A stretch of DNA of 64,000 nucleotides from Camelus ferus. Its lineage: Eukaryota. This document shows positions 1 to 14,212 of this stretch, one piece after another. A model generated the notes under the pieces. It worked only from the letters and a program-made list of their open reading frames with translations, was not told where the DNA came from and did not search any database. A program made the translations under genes and the position numbers. Within the stretch, counting starts at the first letter, position 1. Each line of letters begins with the position of its first letter. The stretch covers positions 38,256,001 through 38,320,000 of the forward strand of contig NC_045697.1 of assembly GCF_009834535.1 (NCBI RefSeq), read 5' to 3'.

Positions 1-1239
1 TCTTCCAACAATACTCCATTAGTTATAAGTTAAATACATACTAATGGACATCTATAAAATTATTTTTTAAAGAACTGTAAGGACCTGTCATAAGCATATC
101 CTCCAACACTGACAATGCTTTTTCCCAGAACAATGTGCTTGATAGGTCTTCAATCTCAGAACTCTAAATAAAAGGTAGTATGCTTTTAAGATATCACTCT
201 TTATTTCAATACTGTAGACTATTGTGCATGGTTTCTAATCTTACGGGACTGTGTCAATCAGGTTGGGTTCTCCCTGAAGGCAAGACTGCCTACATAATAA
301 ATGCTCAGTAAGCATTTGCAATCATTGTGTAATCAATCAGAATTTGGAATCATGGAATGTTAAAGCTGAAATATGCCCCAGGGATCTATGGGTCTAACTA
401 CTTTTTACAATTAAGGAAATACTAGTAAATGTTTGAGTGTGTACACTTATGTCAGACATTTCATGTGCATTTGCTCATGGCAGCCCCACCAGACAGCTAA
501 GGAAAAAGAATCAGGGAGATCAGGTAATGTGCCAAAGGTCACACAGCTGGTCAGTGCTAACCCTGGGACTGCAACAAAGGTGACTGAAGACCAGAGCTTG
601 TGCTTTGATGAAGCCCAGAGATAGATGTTTCCTGATTTACATATGATCATATTCCACACTTCCAGTGTGGAATCTTTGAATTGCTGCTCTGCTGACAGAG
701 TCAGGCCTAGAATTCAGATTGGCTGGCTGCCCAGGGCAGTAGCTCATTGTCAGACCCATTAGTGTGTATATTAAGTTAAAAATGAGTTTCTGTCTGGTGA
801 TATTCTTGACTCTAATTCCTCATTTTTATTTAGTGAAATTTGAAAAGACTATGCATGTAAATTACTCCTGCAAAACTGTTTCTCTGAAACATGTATCTTA
901 GAACTAAAAAACATCAGCTTTGATTCTCTTTCATTTCTTAAATAAGACAACAGAGGCTCAGAGAAAAGAAACTAATCCAAGATCATTCCACAGCTAAGGG
1001 AAGACAGGGAACTGGGACGGGGTCTCCAGCCTCCTAAGGCAGGGCAGCACTGCCCCGCATGTGGATAGAGACCTCTGTCGCCCAGGTTCTATAAATGCAT
1101 ATTCCAGACATATCCTTCTGGGACTTTTCATCTCTCCAATTACTTTCATTTGTATTTACAAATATTTCCAACCTCTGATTTACTCCTTACCCATTACTAT
1201 CTATACCAGATTCAATTTATGTGCATCCTCACATTGGCT

Positions 1240-1770
1240 CGTTGCCACCTGCCAGTTGCTTAGTGGAGAGCTCTGGCCACTGCAATCATTGCCTCTTCTC
1301 CTAACACTGCTGAAGTCTCCTTTTATGGGGGAAGACAGGAGGCTGGCATGGCCTCCTTCATGCCCCTGCTAACAGAAGCCACGGCAGCTCCAACACCAAG
1401 TCCAGTCTTACCAACCCACAGAGTTGCAAAGCATGGGATATGGATTTCCCATCAGCTGTCCAAAGGGATCAATGGGGCAAACTCTGACCAATGAGAATTA
1501 TAAGGAGGGAACAAACAGAGCAATTTATTTCATTTCTTTTCCACAATGAACTGCTTCAACATGCCGTGGTTCCGGAGAGCCTACCCGGAGACATCTTGTG
1601 TGACCAAGGCACCAGCTGTGTTTTCTTTTGAAACTGTGGCCAGGGCAGTGATGGTCCACCCTTCCTCTCTGTGTCACCCTGCCTTCCCCTCACTCTTGCT
1701 GCCCTGGGACCACACTCCCCAATAAAACATTTGTGCAAATGCTTTTTCTTAGGCTCTCTTTTTCACCCAA
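1240..1770 (+). mobile_element. Degenerate ERVL solo LTR (LTR16-like)
   Basis: Resembles recalled LTR16-type sequence (ctgaccaatgagaa ... ccccaataaaacatttgtgcaaatgc ... ggctct). Boundaries approximate. Confidence 0.5.
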
Positions 1771-2318
1771 CTCATATCATAAAAGTTTCAATTTCGGAGA
1801 AATAAAACTCTGACAAATTAAAAATACCGTTTACAAACTCAACTGGTAATTATTGTGGATAAAAAAATTTTTTTTCTGAGATCTCTTGAGTCCTGGCAAT
1901 AGGGAGAGGGGACACACGGGAGGAAGCACAGAAGGGTCTGGTAGAAGGTAAGTGTAATGCTCATCATGGGCCCAACTTTTGTCTCCAGTTTAAAAAGCAG
2001 TTTAAAATCTCTGCTATCAGCAGATACCTGATGTTTAGTAATGAACCAAGAGCACAGAAGAGAAGGTCTTCAAGTGAGGTGAGGAGATGGGTGTGTATAT
2101 TCTTCTAGGATGTTTAGAATACTTAGGAAATTACTTCCAGTGTGGAATCTTTGAATTGCTGTTAAGTTCAATGATTAGGGCCAGAAACTCCCTCCACTTT
2201 TGAAGTTACATATTAGCTACCCTCTCTGATCCCAAAGGAGGGAGGAGGTTTAATTTATGGGAAAAAAGACCTAGGAAAGCAGCTGGCAGCACTTAGAACT
2301 CAGGAACACCAGCCCAGC

Positions 2319-2845
2319 TGTATTAACCATGATTTTTATTTTCTATGTTTTATGATACTTTGATATGATGGGGGCCTTGCAGACCCTGGAGGGCTGCCCC
2401 TCCAGGGTTAGCCAATTTCTAGAGAAGGCAAACAACTTGCCGTGGACATTCCTTTATATGCAAACCAACCAATTCACAGCCCATACCCCAACCATGTCCT
2501 TTATCAAATGCTCACACACCAAACCCATTCTACCCCCCTGCCCTCAGTCACTCCAGAGCCAGGTCCTGGACAGCTAGGAACCATTCCTACAGCCTAGGGC
2601 CTGCAGAAGTTAATCAGTCCTAAACTGTTTAATGTGCCTGCCTTGCCTCTCCCAAGGAGATCACAATAAAAGCTTGTGCCCATGATTTTTCCTCTCCCAG
2701 CTGCCTCCTGACCCACCCTGGTGCTTCCCCGTGTGGCCTTGCGTGAAAGGTTGTGCCTCTTGTTTCCAGAGATCTATGAGTATAAACATCATCCTGCATG
2801 AAAGTCATTCCTGTCTGCATGCCTTACAGAACCTGATCAGCAACA
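2319..2845 (+). mobile_element. MER74-like solo LTR
   Basis: Starts TGTATTAACCATG; contains ggggccttgcagaccctgg, tatgcaaaccaaccaat and cacaataaaagcttgtgccc, as in the recalled MER74 consensus. Confidence 0.65.
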
Positions 2846-3507
2846 CTCCCAGGTACATTCTCCCACCTCACCAGCCTAACAGCGTCCCTCCTCAGAGACC
2901 TGACTTTCAGCTCCCAAGGGCTTCTCCTCTAAGTTTCTAAGTTTTAATCATTTCAACTTCTTTCCTTTGTTCCCTAGTCCGGGTGGTGGCTGCTTCCTAC
3001 TAAGTCCATGACACACAGCCTTTCTTCTACCTTTTCAGTTAAAGATTCTTTGTATCTAGTCAGCAATTCTCCATATTACATTTTCTCTGTCAAAATAACC
3101 ATTGTGTTTTCTGCCTCTTGACTAGACACTGATGAACATACAATTTTATGCTTAATCCTAGCACTTGGGTTTGCATCAGAGCTTAATAATTTATCAATAG
3201 CTCATGAGATTTTGCCAAGGTGGATGTGGGGGCCCGGGTGGAATATACCTAGCCAATAAAAATTCTGGGAAATCAAAGAGATTCAGATCAACTTACAACA
3301 TGTCATTCTCAAGAAAATAATGCTAAATTCCTCATACCTGCCAATTCCTCATCTTTTGCAGCAATGCTATTCTAAATCTTCACCTTTTATTAAATCAATA
3401 CTGCAGACATATCCAAGTATCTTTGTCAATAAAGGTCATAATACACTTAGGAATGTATCTTTCATTTCATCTTATAAAAATCAAGAGGGTTTCAAAAACA
3501 TATGTCA

Positions 3508-3823
3508 TTGTCAGTTTGGGCCATTATCAACAAACATTTGTCTCTCAGAGTTCTGGAGGCTGGATGTCTGAGTGCAGGGTGTCAGCATGGTCAGGTTCTG
3601 GTAAGAGCTCTCTTCTGGGTTGCAGACTGCTGACTTTTCCTTGTATCTTCACATGGAGGAAAGGGAGTAAACTAGCTGTTAGCTTCTTCTTATAAGGTCA
3701 CTAATCCCATCATGAAGGATATACCCTCATGACCTCCCAAATGCCCCACCTCCTAATGCCATCACATCAGGGTTAGGATTTAACATATAAGTTTGGGGGA
3801 GACATAAATGTCCCATTTATAGC
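3508..3823 (-). mobile_element. MaLR LTR (MLT1A-like)
   Basis: Contains gttctggaggctgg, ttataaggtcactaatccc and gggttaggattt. Homologous to the copies at 11268 and 19590. Confidence 0.7.
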
Positions 3824-4814
3824 ATATCTAACAGAGAACAAGATCTCACCCTGTGAGAGGACTTCTCAATGGCATCCTTATCTTCCTAGCACCTTAACTT
3901 TCTAGCACCTAGTCATTCCTAAGAATGACTCAGGTATGCCAGCTATTCCTGTGATGGTGGGTAGTGAGAAATACTCTGGAGTAAGTGGGTTCCGAAGTAC
4001 CTGGGTTCCAATCCAGCTTTACTACTTCACACTAACTTGATGACTTTAGGAAAAGCATTAACTTCTCTGAGCCTCAGTTTCTTTATCTGCTAAATGGAGT
4101 TATTAATACTCCTTATTCTACCTACTTTACAGGCTTATTCAATTCACTAAATATTTATAGATCACCTATAGGCAAGATCTTGTGATAGGCATTCCAGGAT
4201 ATACAAAGAGAAGTAAAACATGGTCCCTGACTTCAAGGAATTTATAATCCAGTATTTCTATGCATTCAGCAGTCATGAAACACCTCCTACCTGGCACTGT
4301 GCTAGGATCTAAGGGTACAGAGATGTCTAAATACAGTTCTCTCTTTCAAGGGAGAGGCTTACAATCTGATACAGAGATAAAACAAGGCCACAGATAACTA
4401 GAGCAAAAAGTAGAGTGTGCAATTAAATTTGAAACATATCAGCATGGCAGTTAACGAAATAGAAGGCCTACCCCTAGCTGACAGGGTCAGGAGAGGCTTT
4501 GTGGATCTGGTGGCATTTGAACTGACCATGAACAGAAACCTGAAAGAAGAAAAGATGAAGGGAGTGATCAGAAGAGGGAGCCTAGTTAGTTGTCAATAAG
4601 AGCCTGATGTGGAGTGGTGTTAGTAGAAATCAGAAAGAAGGAATGAGTGTAAGCAATGTTAGATGAACATGCTTGGAAATTCACAGGGGATAATTAGAAC
4701 GTAACTGATTTACTGACAAGGATACAATGGTGACTAGGTGGACATGGCCTCTGTTTTCAATGAGCTTTAGGTAAGTTGGGACTAGGAAAAACTTTAAAGT
4801 TCCCCTAATGCAGT

Positions 4815-5281
4815 CCCTGTATAGTGTAGAAGTAGAATATTGGAGGCTCAGTAAGATCAACAGATCAGGAGACAATTGCCATTGAAAAGATAGTTTGTTA
4901 TATTCACAGATCCCAAGAGGCTGGGGCATGCCATGCCACATCACAGAAGGTCACATAGGGAAGCACCAGGGTCCATCAGGAGGCAGAGGGAGAGGGGAAA
5001 CATGTGCAAGAGTCTTTACTGTGGTTTCCAAGGGAAGGACTGGGAAGGAAAAGCCAGGCAGGGTAAGCAGACTTAGGATTGGCTAGCTTGATTAATTTCA
5101 GCAGGCTCTGGAGCTAGGGGGTTCCCTAGATGTCTGTCACATGGTCCTGGGGTGATATGATGGATGGTTCAGAATATGAGAGCCTGATAAGGAAGGTGAT
5201 GGGGATAGGACCCTTCCAGGGTCAGCAAGGCCCCAAGTGTCAATGCATCAGAATGCAAAAAATAAAACACACAGTTAATAA
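4815..5281 (-). mobile_element. MER74-like solo LTR, opposite orientation to 2319-2845
   Basis: Its reverse complement aligns with the 2319 copy (ccagggtcagcaaggcccc, gggaagcaccaggg, terminal gttaata). Confidence 0.65.
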
Positions 5282-7150
5282 ATCTCCTTAAAACTAGGGG
5301 AGTTTGTTTAGTTTTGTATTCCTAACAGCCCCCGCAATCCCTTATACATAACATGGAGAAATTCAGTAACAGTTTATTGAATGATCAGGTTAACATATCC
5401 CTTCTTTGACTCTCAGATTTTGCTGGAGTTGGACAACTCTAATATACGATTGTGTGTTATCTCAGTGGCGGTCACTTTTCTTTCTGCTGATTCCTCAGAA
5501 TAAGGCATCCATGAGGGGGACACTGCAATGCATGGCCCCAGTCTCCCTCAGTGAAGGAGGGCTGACAGCAGACAGCCTTCCAATTCTGCCTTCAGGAAAT
5601 TGTGAACAAAAGTTAAATAAATAAGTAATCCTTTTAAAAATTAAAGATACTATTAAAACCAAAAAATGAAGGGTGGTTACTTCTTTTGTGGCAAAACTAC
5701 TTTCTATCATAATTAGTGTTTCTTCAATTTCCAGAGACAGAAATCTTATGAACTTGCTTAAGAAAAAAAAGGGGGGGGTGGATCATGACTGGAAAACTGT
5801 CTTCAGGAACAGCTGGATCTAAGGAGTCAAAAGACATCACCAGAACTCTCTCCATCTTCATTTGTCTCTCACATCTATTTATCTCTATGCATTACTTCAT
5901 CTTTTTTTTTTTTTAACTCAAAATAGCTTTTCTGTGTTTGGGGACAACGGCCTCAAGCAGCTCCAGCTTTTACTTTATACTCACAGCTCTCGATCCAGTA
6001 AAGAGAGAAACCATCTTTTTCTCCCAGAATCTCTGTGTAAAATTTCAGGGAGAAAACTGATGGACATTTACATCAGTCAGTATCCAATCTGGAAATGGAA
6101 ACCACACTGGTTGTTTGAACAGGGAACAGGTACAAAACAGCAGTTATTAACTTTAGATTAAGGATGACTGAACAGTAGAAGACTAAGGACTAAAGGATAA
6201 CCCTCCTCACCAAGGAGGAGGTTCAGGCCTCTTTGAAGAGGTGGTGACTAACACAGGGGCCAGAAGCCTGCTGCTGGTGAAGCAGCTTGTCGTGGAGCCC
6301 AGCCCAGTCAGGCTACAGAAGCAGCTTGCCCTTAAGGGAGGGCGTGGACATGCTGCAGCTGGGCTGTAAAAGAGTTCACTGTGGCCCAAGGGGATGCAGG
6401 GCTGCTGATCAGGAGGGCCTGGCCTAGGGGCACCGCTAGAATTCCCCTGAGCACCTGCCAGGCTCCCATCCTAAATAGTGGTAATAATAGAGGACCAGAG
6501 CCTGGAAAGGAAGCATCTTCCTGCTGCTACTGCCTTGCAGGGTCATTCCGTTGCCCTCTGTTGACGAAGTTTAGTATTCCACTAGCAGGTAAAGGAGAAA
6601 CGTTTCAGGATCCAGATTCAAGATCAAAAGGCAAGGCAAAGAAGGATGGATTTGGAGAGACAAAAGGTTAGGCACCATCCTACCTTGATCATCTGTACAG
6701 CCCTGAACCAGTCAGATTCAGGTCGTAGGTTCCCCCGTGACCAGGAGAAAGAGGACTGTCACTAGCTAAGTCTAGGCCAGGGTCATGTGCTCATGCCTGT
6801 GCTGCGGTCAAGCAAATGGCAGGAGAGCAGCCCTGCCACTACACATGGAATGGCTTGTCCATACTAAAGATGGACTTTCTTCCAGAAGAAAGGAGAGTAC
6901 TAGGCAAAGAAAAACAATAAATATTCTTTGTATGTTGTATATTGACTTTAAAATGTCTGGTTCCATTTGGGTTTGTTCATACAGAAAATGAAAAATTAAG
7001 GTCTTTCTATAAGACTGATAACTGCATTTTAATTCATTTAAGAGACATTTATTAAGCACCTAGTATTAGAGGAACTTACTTTTATTAGTCCTGAACCACC
7101 GAAATATTTGTGGACACAGGCTGAATTGAAAGGTCTAAAAATGAAAAGGC

Positions 7151-10001
7151 ATCCACCAAGACTGAATCAAGAAGAAACTGACCACTTGAACAAACCAATC
7201 ACTAGAAATGAAATCGAATTAGCAATTAAGAACCTCCCTACAAATAAAACTCCAGGACCGGACATCTTCACTGGGGAATTCTACCAAACATACAAAGAAG
7301 AACTCATACCAGTCCTTCTCAAACTCTTTCAGAAGATTGAAAAAGAGGAAATACTCCCAAACTCATTCTATGAAGCCACGATCACCATGATACCAAAACC
7401 AGGCAAAGGCGCCACCAAAAAAGAGAATTACAGACCAATATCACTGATGAACATAGATGCAAAAATCCATACCAAAATACTAGCAAATAGAATCCAACAG
7501 CACATAAAAAAGATTATACATCATGATCAAATGGGGTTCATCCCAGGGACACAAGGATGGTTCAACATACGCACATCAATCAATGTAATACATCACATCA
7601 ACAAGAGAAAGGACAAAAACCACATGATCATCTCAATAGATGCAGAAAAAGCTTTTGATAAAATTCAACACCCATTTATGATAAAAACTCTCACCAAAGT
7701 GGGTATAGAGGGAACATATCTCAACATAATAAAAGCTATATATGACAAACCTACAGCCAGCATAGTACTCAACGGTGAAAAACTCAAAAGCTTCCCACTA
7801 AAATCTGGGACAAGACAAGGATGCCCACTCTCACCACTCCTATTCAACATAGTTTTGGAAGTCCTAGCCACAGCAATCAGGCAAGAGAGAGAAATAAAAG
7901 GGATCCAAGTTGGAAAAGAAGAGGTAAAAGTGTCACTATATGCAGATGACATGATACTACGTATAGAAAACCCTAAAAGGTCCACACAAAAACTACTAGA
8001 AATAATCGAAGAATTCAGCAAAGTAGCAGGTTACAAGATTAACGTTCAAAAATCAGTTGCATTTCTTTACACTAATGATGAATCAACAGAAAAAGTAAAG
8101 AAACAACCCCCTTTAAAATAGCACCCAAAGTAATAAAATACCTAGGAGTAAATCTAACCAAGGAGGTGAAAGACTTATACACAGAAAACAATAAAACACT
8201 GATTAAGGAAATTAAAGAAGACTTTAAAAAATAGAAAGATATCCCATGCTCCTGGACTTGAAGAATCAATATTGTTAAAATGATCATACTGCCCAAGGCA
8301 ATCTACAGATTTAATGCAATTTATCATTTTACCCAGGACATATTTCACAGAACTAGAACAAATCATATAAAATTTATATGGAACCACAAAAGACCTAGAA
8401 TTGCCAAAGCATTACTGAAGAAAAAGAAAGAGGCTGGAGGAATAACTCTCCCAGACTTCAGACAATACTACAGAGCTGCAGTAAACAAGAAGCATGATAT
8501 TGGTACAAAAACAGACATACGGACCAATGGAACAAAATAGAGAGCCCAGAAATGAACCCACAAACTTTTGGTCAACTAATCTTCGACAAAGGAGGCAAGA
8601 ATATACAATGGAATAAAGACAGTCTCTTCAGCAAATGGTGTTGGGAAAACTGGACAGCAGCATGTAAATCAATGAAGCTAGAACACTCCCTTACACCATA
8701 CACAAAAATAAACTCAAAATAGATCAAATACTTACACATAAGACAGGATACAATAAACCTCCTAGAAGAAAATATAGGCAAAACATTATCTGACATACAT
8801 CTCAAAAATGCTCTTCTACGGAGGGCAGTCTACCCAAGCAATGGAAATAAAAGCAAGAATAAACAAATGGGACCTAATGAAATTTACAAGCTTCTGCACA
8901 GCAAAGGAAATCGTAAGTAAAACAAAAAGACAACCTACGGAGTGGGAGAACATTTTTGCAAATGAAACCGACAAAGGCTTGATCTCCAGAACATATAAGC
9001 AGCTCATACGACTTAATAAGAAAAAAACAAACAACCCAATCCAAAAATGAGCAGAAGACCTAAACACGCAATTCTCCAAGGAAGAAATACAAATGATCAA
9101 TAGGCACATGAAAGAATACTCAGTATCACTAATTATCAGAGAAATGCAAATCAAAACTACAATGAGGTATCACCTCACACCAGTCAGAATGGCCATCATT
9201 CAAAAGTCCACAAAGGACAAATGCTGGAGAGGCTGTGGAGAAAAGGGAACCCTCCTTCACTGCTGGTGGGAATGCAGTTTGGTGCAGCCACTGTGGAAAA
9301 CAGTATGGAGATTCCTCAAAAGACTAGGAATAAACTTACCATATGACCCAGGAATCCAGCTCCTGGGCATATATCCAGAAGGAACCCTACTTCAGGATGA
9401 CACCTGCACCCCAATGTTCATAGCAGCACTATTTACAATAGCCAAAACATGGAAACAGCCTAAATGTCCATCAACAGATGACTGGAGAAAGAAGAGGTGA
9501 TATATTTATACAATGGAATACTATTCAGCCATAAAAACCAACAACATAATGCCATTTGCAGCAACATAGATGTTCCTGGAGAATGTCATTCTAAGTGAAG
9601 TAAGCCAGAAAGAGAAAGAAAAATACCATATGAGATCGCTCATATGCAGAATCTAAAAAAAAAAAAAAAAACATAAATACAAAACAGAAACAGACTCATA
9701 GACATAGAATACAAACTTGTGGTTGCCAGGGGGACGAGTGGTGAGAAGGGACAAACTGGGATTTCAAAATGTAGAATAGATAAACAAGATTGTACTGTGT
9801 AGCACAGGGAAATATATACAGGATCTTGTGGTGGCTCACAGCAAAAGAGAATGTGACAATGAATATATGTATGTTCATGTATAACTGAAAAATTGTTCTC
9901 TACACTGGAATTTGACACAACATTGTAAAATGACTATAACTCAATAAAACAATGTTTAAAAAATAATAAAAAATAAAAGTTTTGAAAACCAAAAAAAAAA
10001 A
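7151..10001 (+). mobile_element. 5'-truncated, relatively young LINE-1 (RT half of ORF2, 3'UTR, polyA); disabled
   Basis: ORF2 RT motifs [20 protein letters not shown] and YADD (7939-7950); C-terminal [21 protein letters not shown]2 stop near 9654-9656; A-rich tail. Candidate TSD AAAAGGC at 7144-7150 and 10002-10008. Frameshifts and stops after ~8090. Confidence 0.95.
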
Positions 10002-11267
10002 AAAAGGCTGTTGGAAAAATGGCTGAGACAAGAAAATGGTACCTTTATTTACAGATTAAAATGTCCTAAGAGAGATAGCCACAACTTTGTAGCAAAGTTT
10101 TAAAATACTACTCAGGGTCACTTTGGAACAAGGCAGCATGACCCCGTGGTTCTGAGCACAAATCACAGAGCAAGACTGCGGGCATTCAAACCCGGTCTCA
10201 CTACAACGTGACATGGGGCAAGTAAGTGGTGACTTCTGCAAAAGTTTTCTCATATGTAAAATTTGAATAACAATAATAGGTACCTCATAGAGTTGGTGGG
10301 AAGATTAAATAAGCTAATGTTTGCAAAGCTGTTTGAATGGCTCCTGGCATATAGTAAGCACTCTATGATTATTTAGCATCTACTACAAATTTGTTATTAT
10401 TAATTGGATATCAAGTAATGTGACTTTCTCGCCATTAACTAGTTCAAAATCCCTTTATCTCCAAAACAAGAAAAAAAAATGTTTGGAAACATTTGTCTAA
10501 CCTGCCATATATATTTTAGCACCTATAAAAGAGGCCATTTTATAAAAATTATTTTATTTTTACTAACTTCTGACACTGGAGTAGTTTCTTTATGAACATA
10601 AATCATGTACTCAGTGGAACCAAGTGAAACCAAACAAAAACTTGTTCTTGGTGATATTCTAGAGCATACAGAAGAAAATACAAATCTTTCCTTTATAATC
10701 TTTCTTCGAATGTTTGTTAAATTGTATGGAAAGAAAAACTCTTCCCTGAAAACGGATTTGTGTACATATCTTGTCAGAGGAATATATTTTTCATAGCCTA
10801 CTTTTAGAAGGAAACTGCCTCTGTAAATCCAATGTTTTAAAATGACACTGGAGTATTCTGAGCAAGAAATGTACTCCCTCTCTGGCTGAGTCAGAGAAAC
10901 CCTCTCCTAATGAGGACTCTGGCACTGACTGTGAACCACTGAAGCCTTCCTATTGTGATACACTCTGCAGTATGAGTGATAAACTGAAGTCTGAGATAGA
11001 GTCTCCCAGCAAGTCCTTGTTGGTGAATGTCAGGATGTCAGGGAAGAGCAGGCACAAAAAGAAGGAACTGCATTTCTTCTCCTTTCAGGGATAGGGCTGT
11101 CCTAGTCTCTGATAACTCTTACCACAGTCAGAGTGATGGGACTACCTGGAGTATCCATAACTGGAAGAAAACAAATAGAAACAAGAGAAAACACCTTACA
11201 AAGTAGATGCATTTGGAATTTAAATTATCAAAGTGTATACACACCCCCCCCCAAGACATACACACAC

Positions 11268-11625
11268 TGTCTTAGTCCGTTTGGGCTGCTATAACAATCT
11301 CATAGACTGAGGGGCTTAAACAATAGAAATTTCTCTCTCACAGTTCTGGAGGCTCGGAAGTTTAAGTTCAAGGTGCCAACAGATTCAGTGTCTGGTGACA
11401 GCCTAGTTCTTGGTTCTTTTCCCTGTGTCCTCCTCACAGAAGGGGCAAGGGAGCTCCCTGGGGTCTCTTATAAGGACACTAATCCCATTCATGAGGGCTC
11501 CATCCTCATGAACTAATCACCTCCCAAAGGTCTCCCCTTCTGGTCCTATCACACTGGGGGTTAGAATTTCAACAGATGAATTTATGGAGTGGGGCATATA
11601 AACATTCAGTCTATCTTTCATTGCA
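11268..11625 (-). mobile_element. MaLR solo LTR (MLT1A-like)
   Basis: tgtcttagtccgtttgggctgctataaca ... ataaggacactaatcccattcatgaggg ... TG/CA ends. Confidence 0.8.
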
Positions 11626-13697
11626 CACCCCCCCACACACACACACGATGTTCCTAAACTGAATTACCAAGGAATTACCTTGGTTAAAGAACAAATATTT
11701 CCTGGATTAAATAAAATATGATACAGTAATAGAATTTTTTGCATGTAAAAAGATTAAATATTTTGATACCAACATTGTCCTGATTCCTACAAATAAAAGT
11801 TTAAGTAATGCAACATAGAAGTGGCGTTTTTCAGTCGGGCATATAATCACACATAAAAAGGCATCAAGTTTAGGATCTATGAATGAAGATTTAGTTACAA
11901 TAACATTTTACTACTAAAGACATTCTTACCAAAGAGAGAAGCAATAAACGTGGGACAGAGACGCATCATCTCCTATGTCAAGTTTTAAGGAGCGCTACCA
12001 TGTTTCCATAGGATACTCTATTTCCTAAGAGGGAAAATGGGGACAATCATGTATCTCTTAGCTTTGCCAGAAGATTAAGCAATGTATAATGCAAAGGACA
12101 ACACACACATTCTGGCACTGATTCCTGGTAAATAAATAGTATTTCCCCTCCTCTCCTGAAGGCCACTCCAGGACTTAGTAATGTGAGGGTGGACACAAAC
12201 ACAGCATTTCGCTGAAGCAAAAGGGCTTTGGGATGTGAGTCTGAAAGAAGACACAAAGTTGGGGCCCAGCCTGGATTCACTGTGTTTATCACTACCTCCT
12301 CATTACACCTACAGAGTGGCCCTGAGAAGAGCAGAACTTTGGTCAACAAACTCCCAAACAGGCCAAGTTTGTAATTCCAGAAAACCAATGAGCTGCCTGA
12401 GCCCTGAGCTCTGTGAGGACCTGCCCACCTATCACCTGTGAACGTGCACAAGGGAGAATCTTACCATCATTTGAACACTGTGATCTTGTTACTTATGGGC
12501 AGATGGGACACTTACTCCCAGATTTCTCAAGCAGTAAATAATTCTCTGGTTGCAAGAGAATGTAAAATTTTTAAAGACCATGTTGGGAAGTGATTAAAGC
12601 AAGATTCCAAAACTGAAAATTAAAAGAATAATAGTTTCTTGGTCTCTGAAAAGAAAAGTAGTAAGAATAAAATAGATCTGGAATGTTTATAGACTTTAAA
12701 ACTGTAGTCCACTCTTGTAGTTGTGGTCTTTGAGATTCCAGGCTTCCAGTCCTCAGTTAACACAAAGGATCATTAATCTGTGAGTCTTATATGCAGGGAA
12801 GTCTTTTCTTCTGAGTAATTTTCCTCCCTATATACCCGTTGGGCTGTATCTACACACACAAGCTTCATTACTTTACCCAGGATGATGGACTAACAGAGCC
12901 TCATCAGTGAAACAGTGGATTTTGAAAATTCCTTTCCTGTAGGAAATGTATTTAGGAGATGCTGGTGTTTTAAAAATAAGTGTTTCCATAAATATGTCAC
13001 TTTTTATGGTTTTCTCCTCATCCCACTGACAATTCTATAGCATTTCAGAAAGTAAGTTTACAGACTAGAATAGCCTTTGGCTATGAGGAAAGACTGTTGT
13101 AATAGTCCTATTAAATATCTTAATGAACATTTTTTGGGGGGGTCTATTTGTTATTTTTCTAGCACTTCTTCTGTTGATGTTAGTTTCCAAAGGGTTGGTA
13201 CTGTATTCCTCTTAACTGGCGAAGAAATTAGGGTCTCTAAAGATCTTCCTTATTTTCACTTTCAATGAATTGTCATTTGTACTTCTTTTAAGGTTAAATC
13301 CTTCAATTCTTATTAATGGAGATAATATTTTGATAGATTGTTCTTACAAAGTTATTTGGAACCTTAAAAGAGACATTTATTAGCATTTTAACATGACTTT
13401 TCCCCTATGACTGTCAATCAAATTGATACTATAAGAATATTCAAACTAACTGGCAAATCATTTCTGAACACCCTTAACTGATAGCAAATTAAAAGGTCCT
13501 ATGTCAATCCCTGAACCTCTGATTTCAATGTTGCTTAAGACCACCCTGGAATACATAGCCACTCTTAAGAACGTCCAGAGAAAGTTGTAGCATCTCCTTC
13601 AGAAGTGCTTTTGAGACGCTCACAACTAAAGTCCATGTGTTCATGGCAATTAAGAACAAATGGATATTGATACAGGATAAGTAACTGGTAAGACTAA

Positions 13698-14212
13698 TGT
13701 TGGGGCCCAGGGAAGGATGCCCCAAAGTGTACCTCAATGGCATATTGGTTATTTTGAATTAAAGTGACTTGAGAAACAGCCAGTGGGAAAAATGACATTA
13801 AAAAACCCCATTCTGACTCCCTTTTTCCCCCCTGAAGGCAGGAAATCTGCCATGTGGAAGTATCCCCCCTACCCCAGGAGGAGAGAAAGCATCCTGATCA
13901 CCAGTCAGGGAATTCAAGGTTAAGAAAGCTGTATAGACAAACTATATTATTCTTCATTAATCTGCTGCCCCAAGCACGAGCCCCTTTGCTTTATTAAATC
14001 TTCACAAATAATTTTTTTTTGTCTGAAAATGATATATAAACAGCCTGTTCTGGCCACTGTGGGAGTTCCAGATCTATGAGACCTCCGTGTGCATGAATTA
14101 CATTGGCCTTTTCTCCTATTAATCTGTCTTCTGTCCACTTAATTATTAGACCAGCCAGTAGAACTCAAGAGGGGTAAGGGGAAATTCTCCCCTCCCCACC
14201 ACCACTACCACA
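13698..14212 (+). mobile_element. ERV1-class solo LTR (MER34-like)
   Basis: TG...CA termini flanked by a 4-bp TSD CTAA (13694-13697, 14213-14216); contains ggcatattggttattttgaattaaa. Confidence 0.7.

Noticed and set aside
7108..8121. 337-aa ORF as a host gene or novel reverse-transcriptase system
   Set aside because: It is an L1 ORF2 fragment. It starts at a TTG in flanking DNA and frameshifts near 8090.
11666..11684. Hairpin ACCAAGG-aatta-CCTTGGT
   Set aside because: A 7-bp stem is expected by chance in 64 kb.
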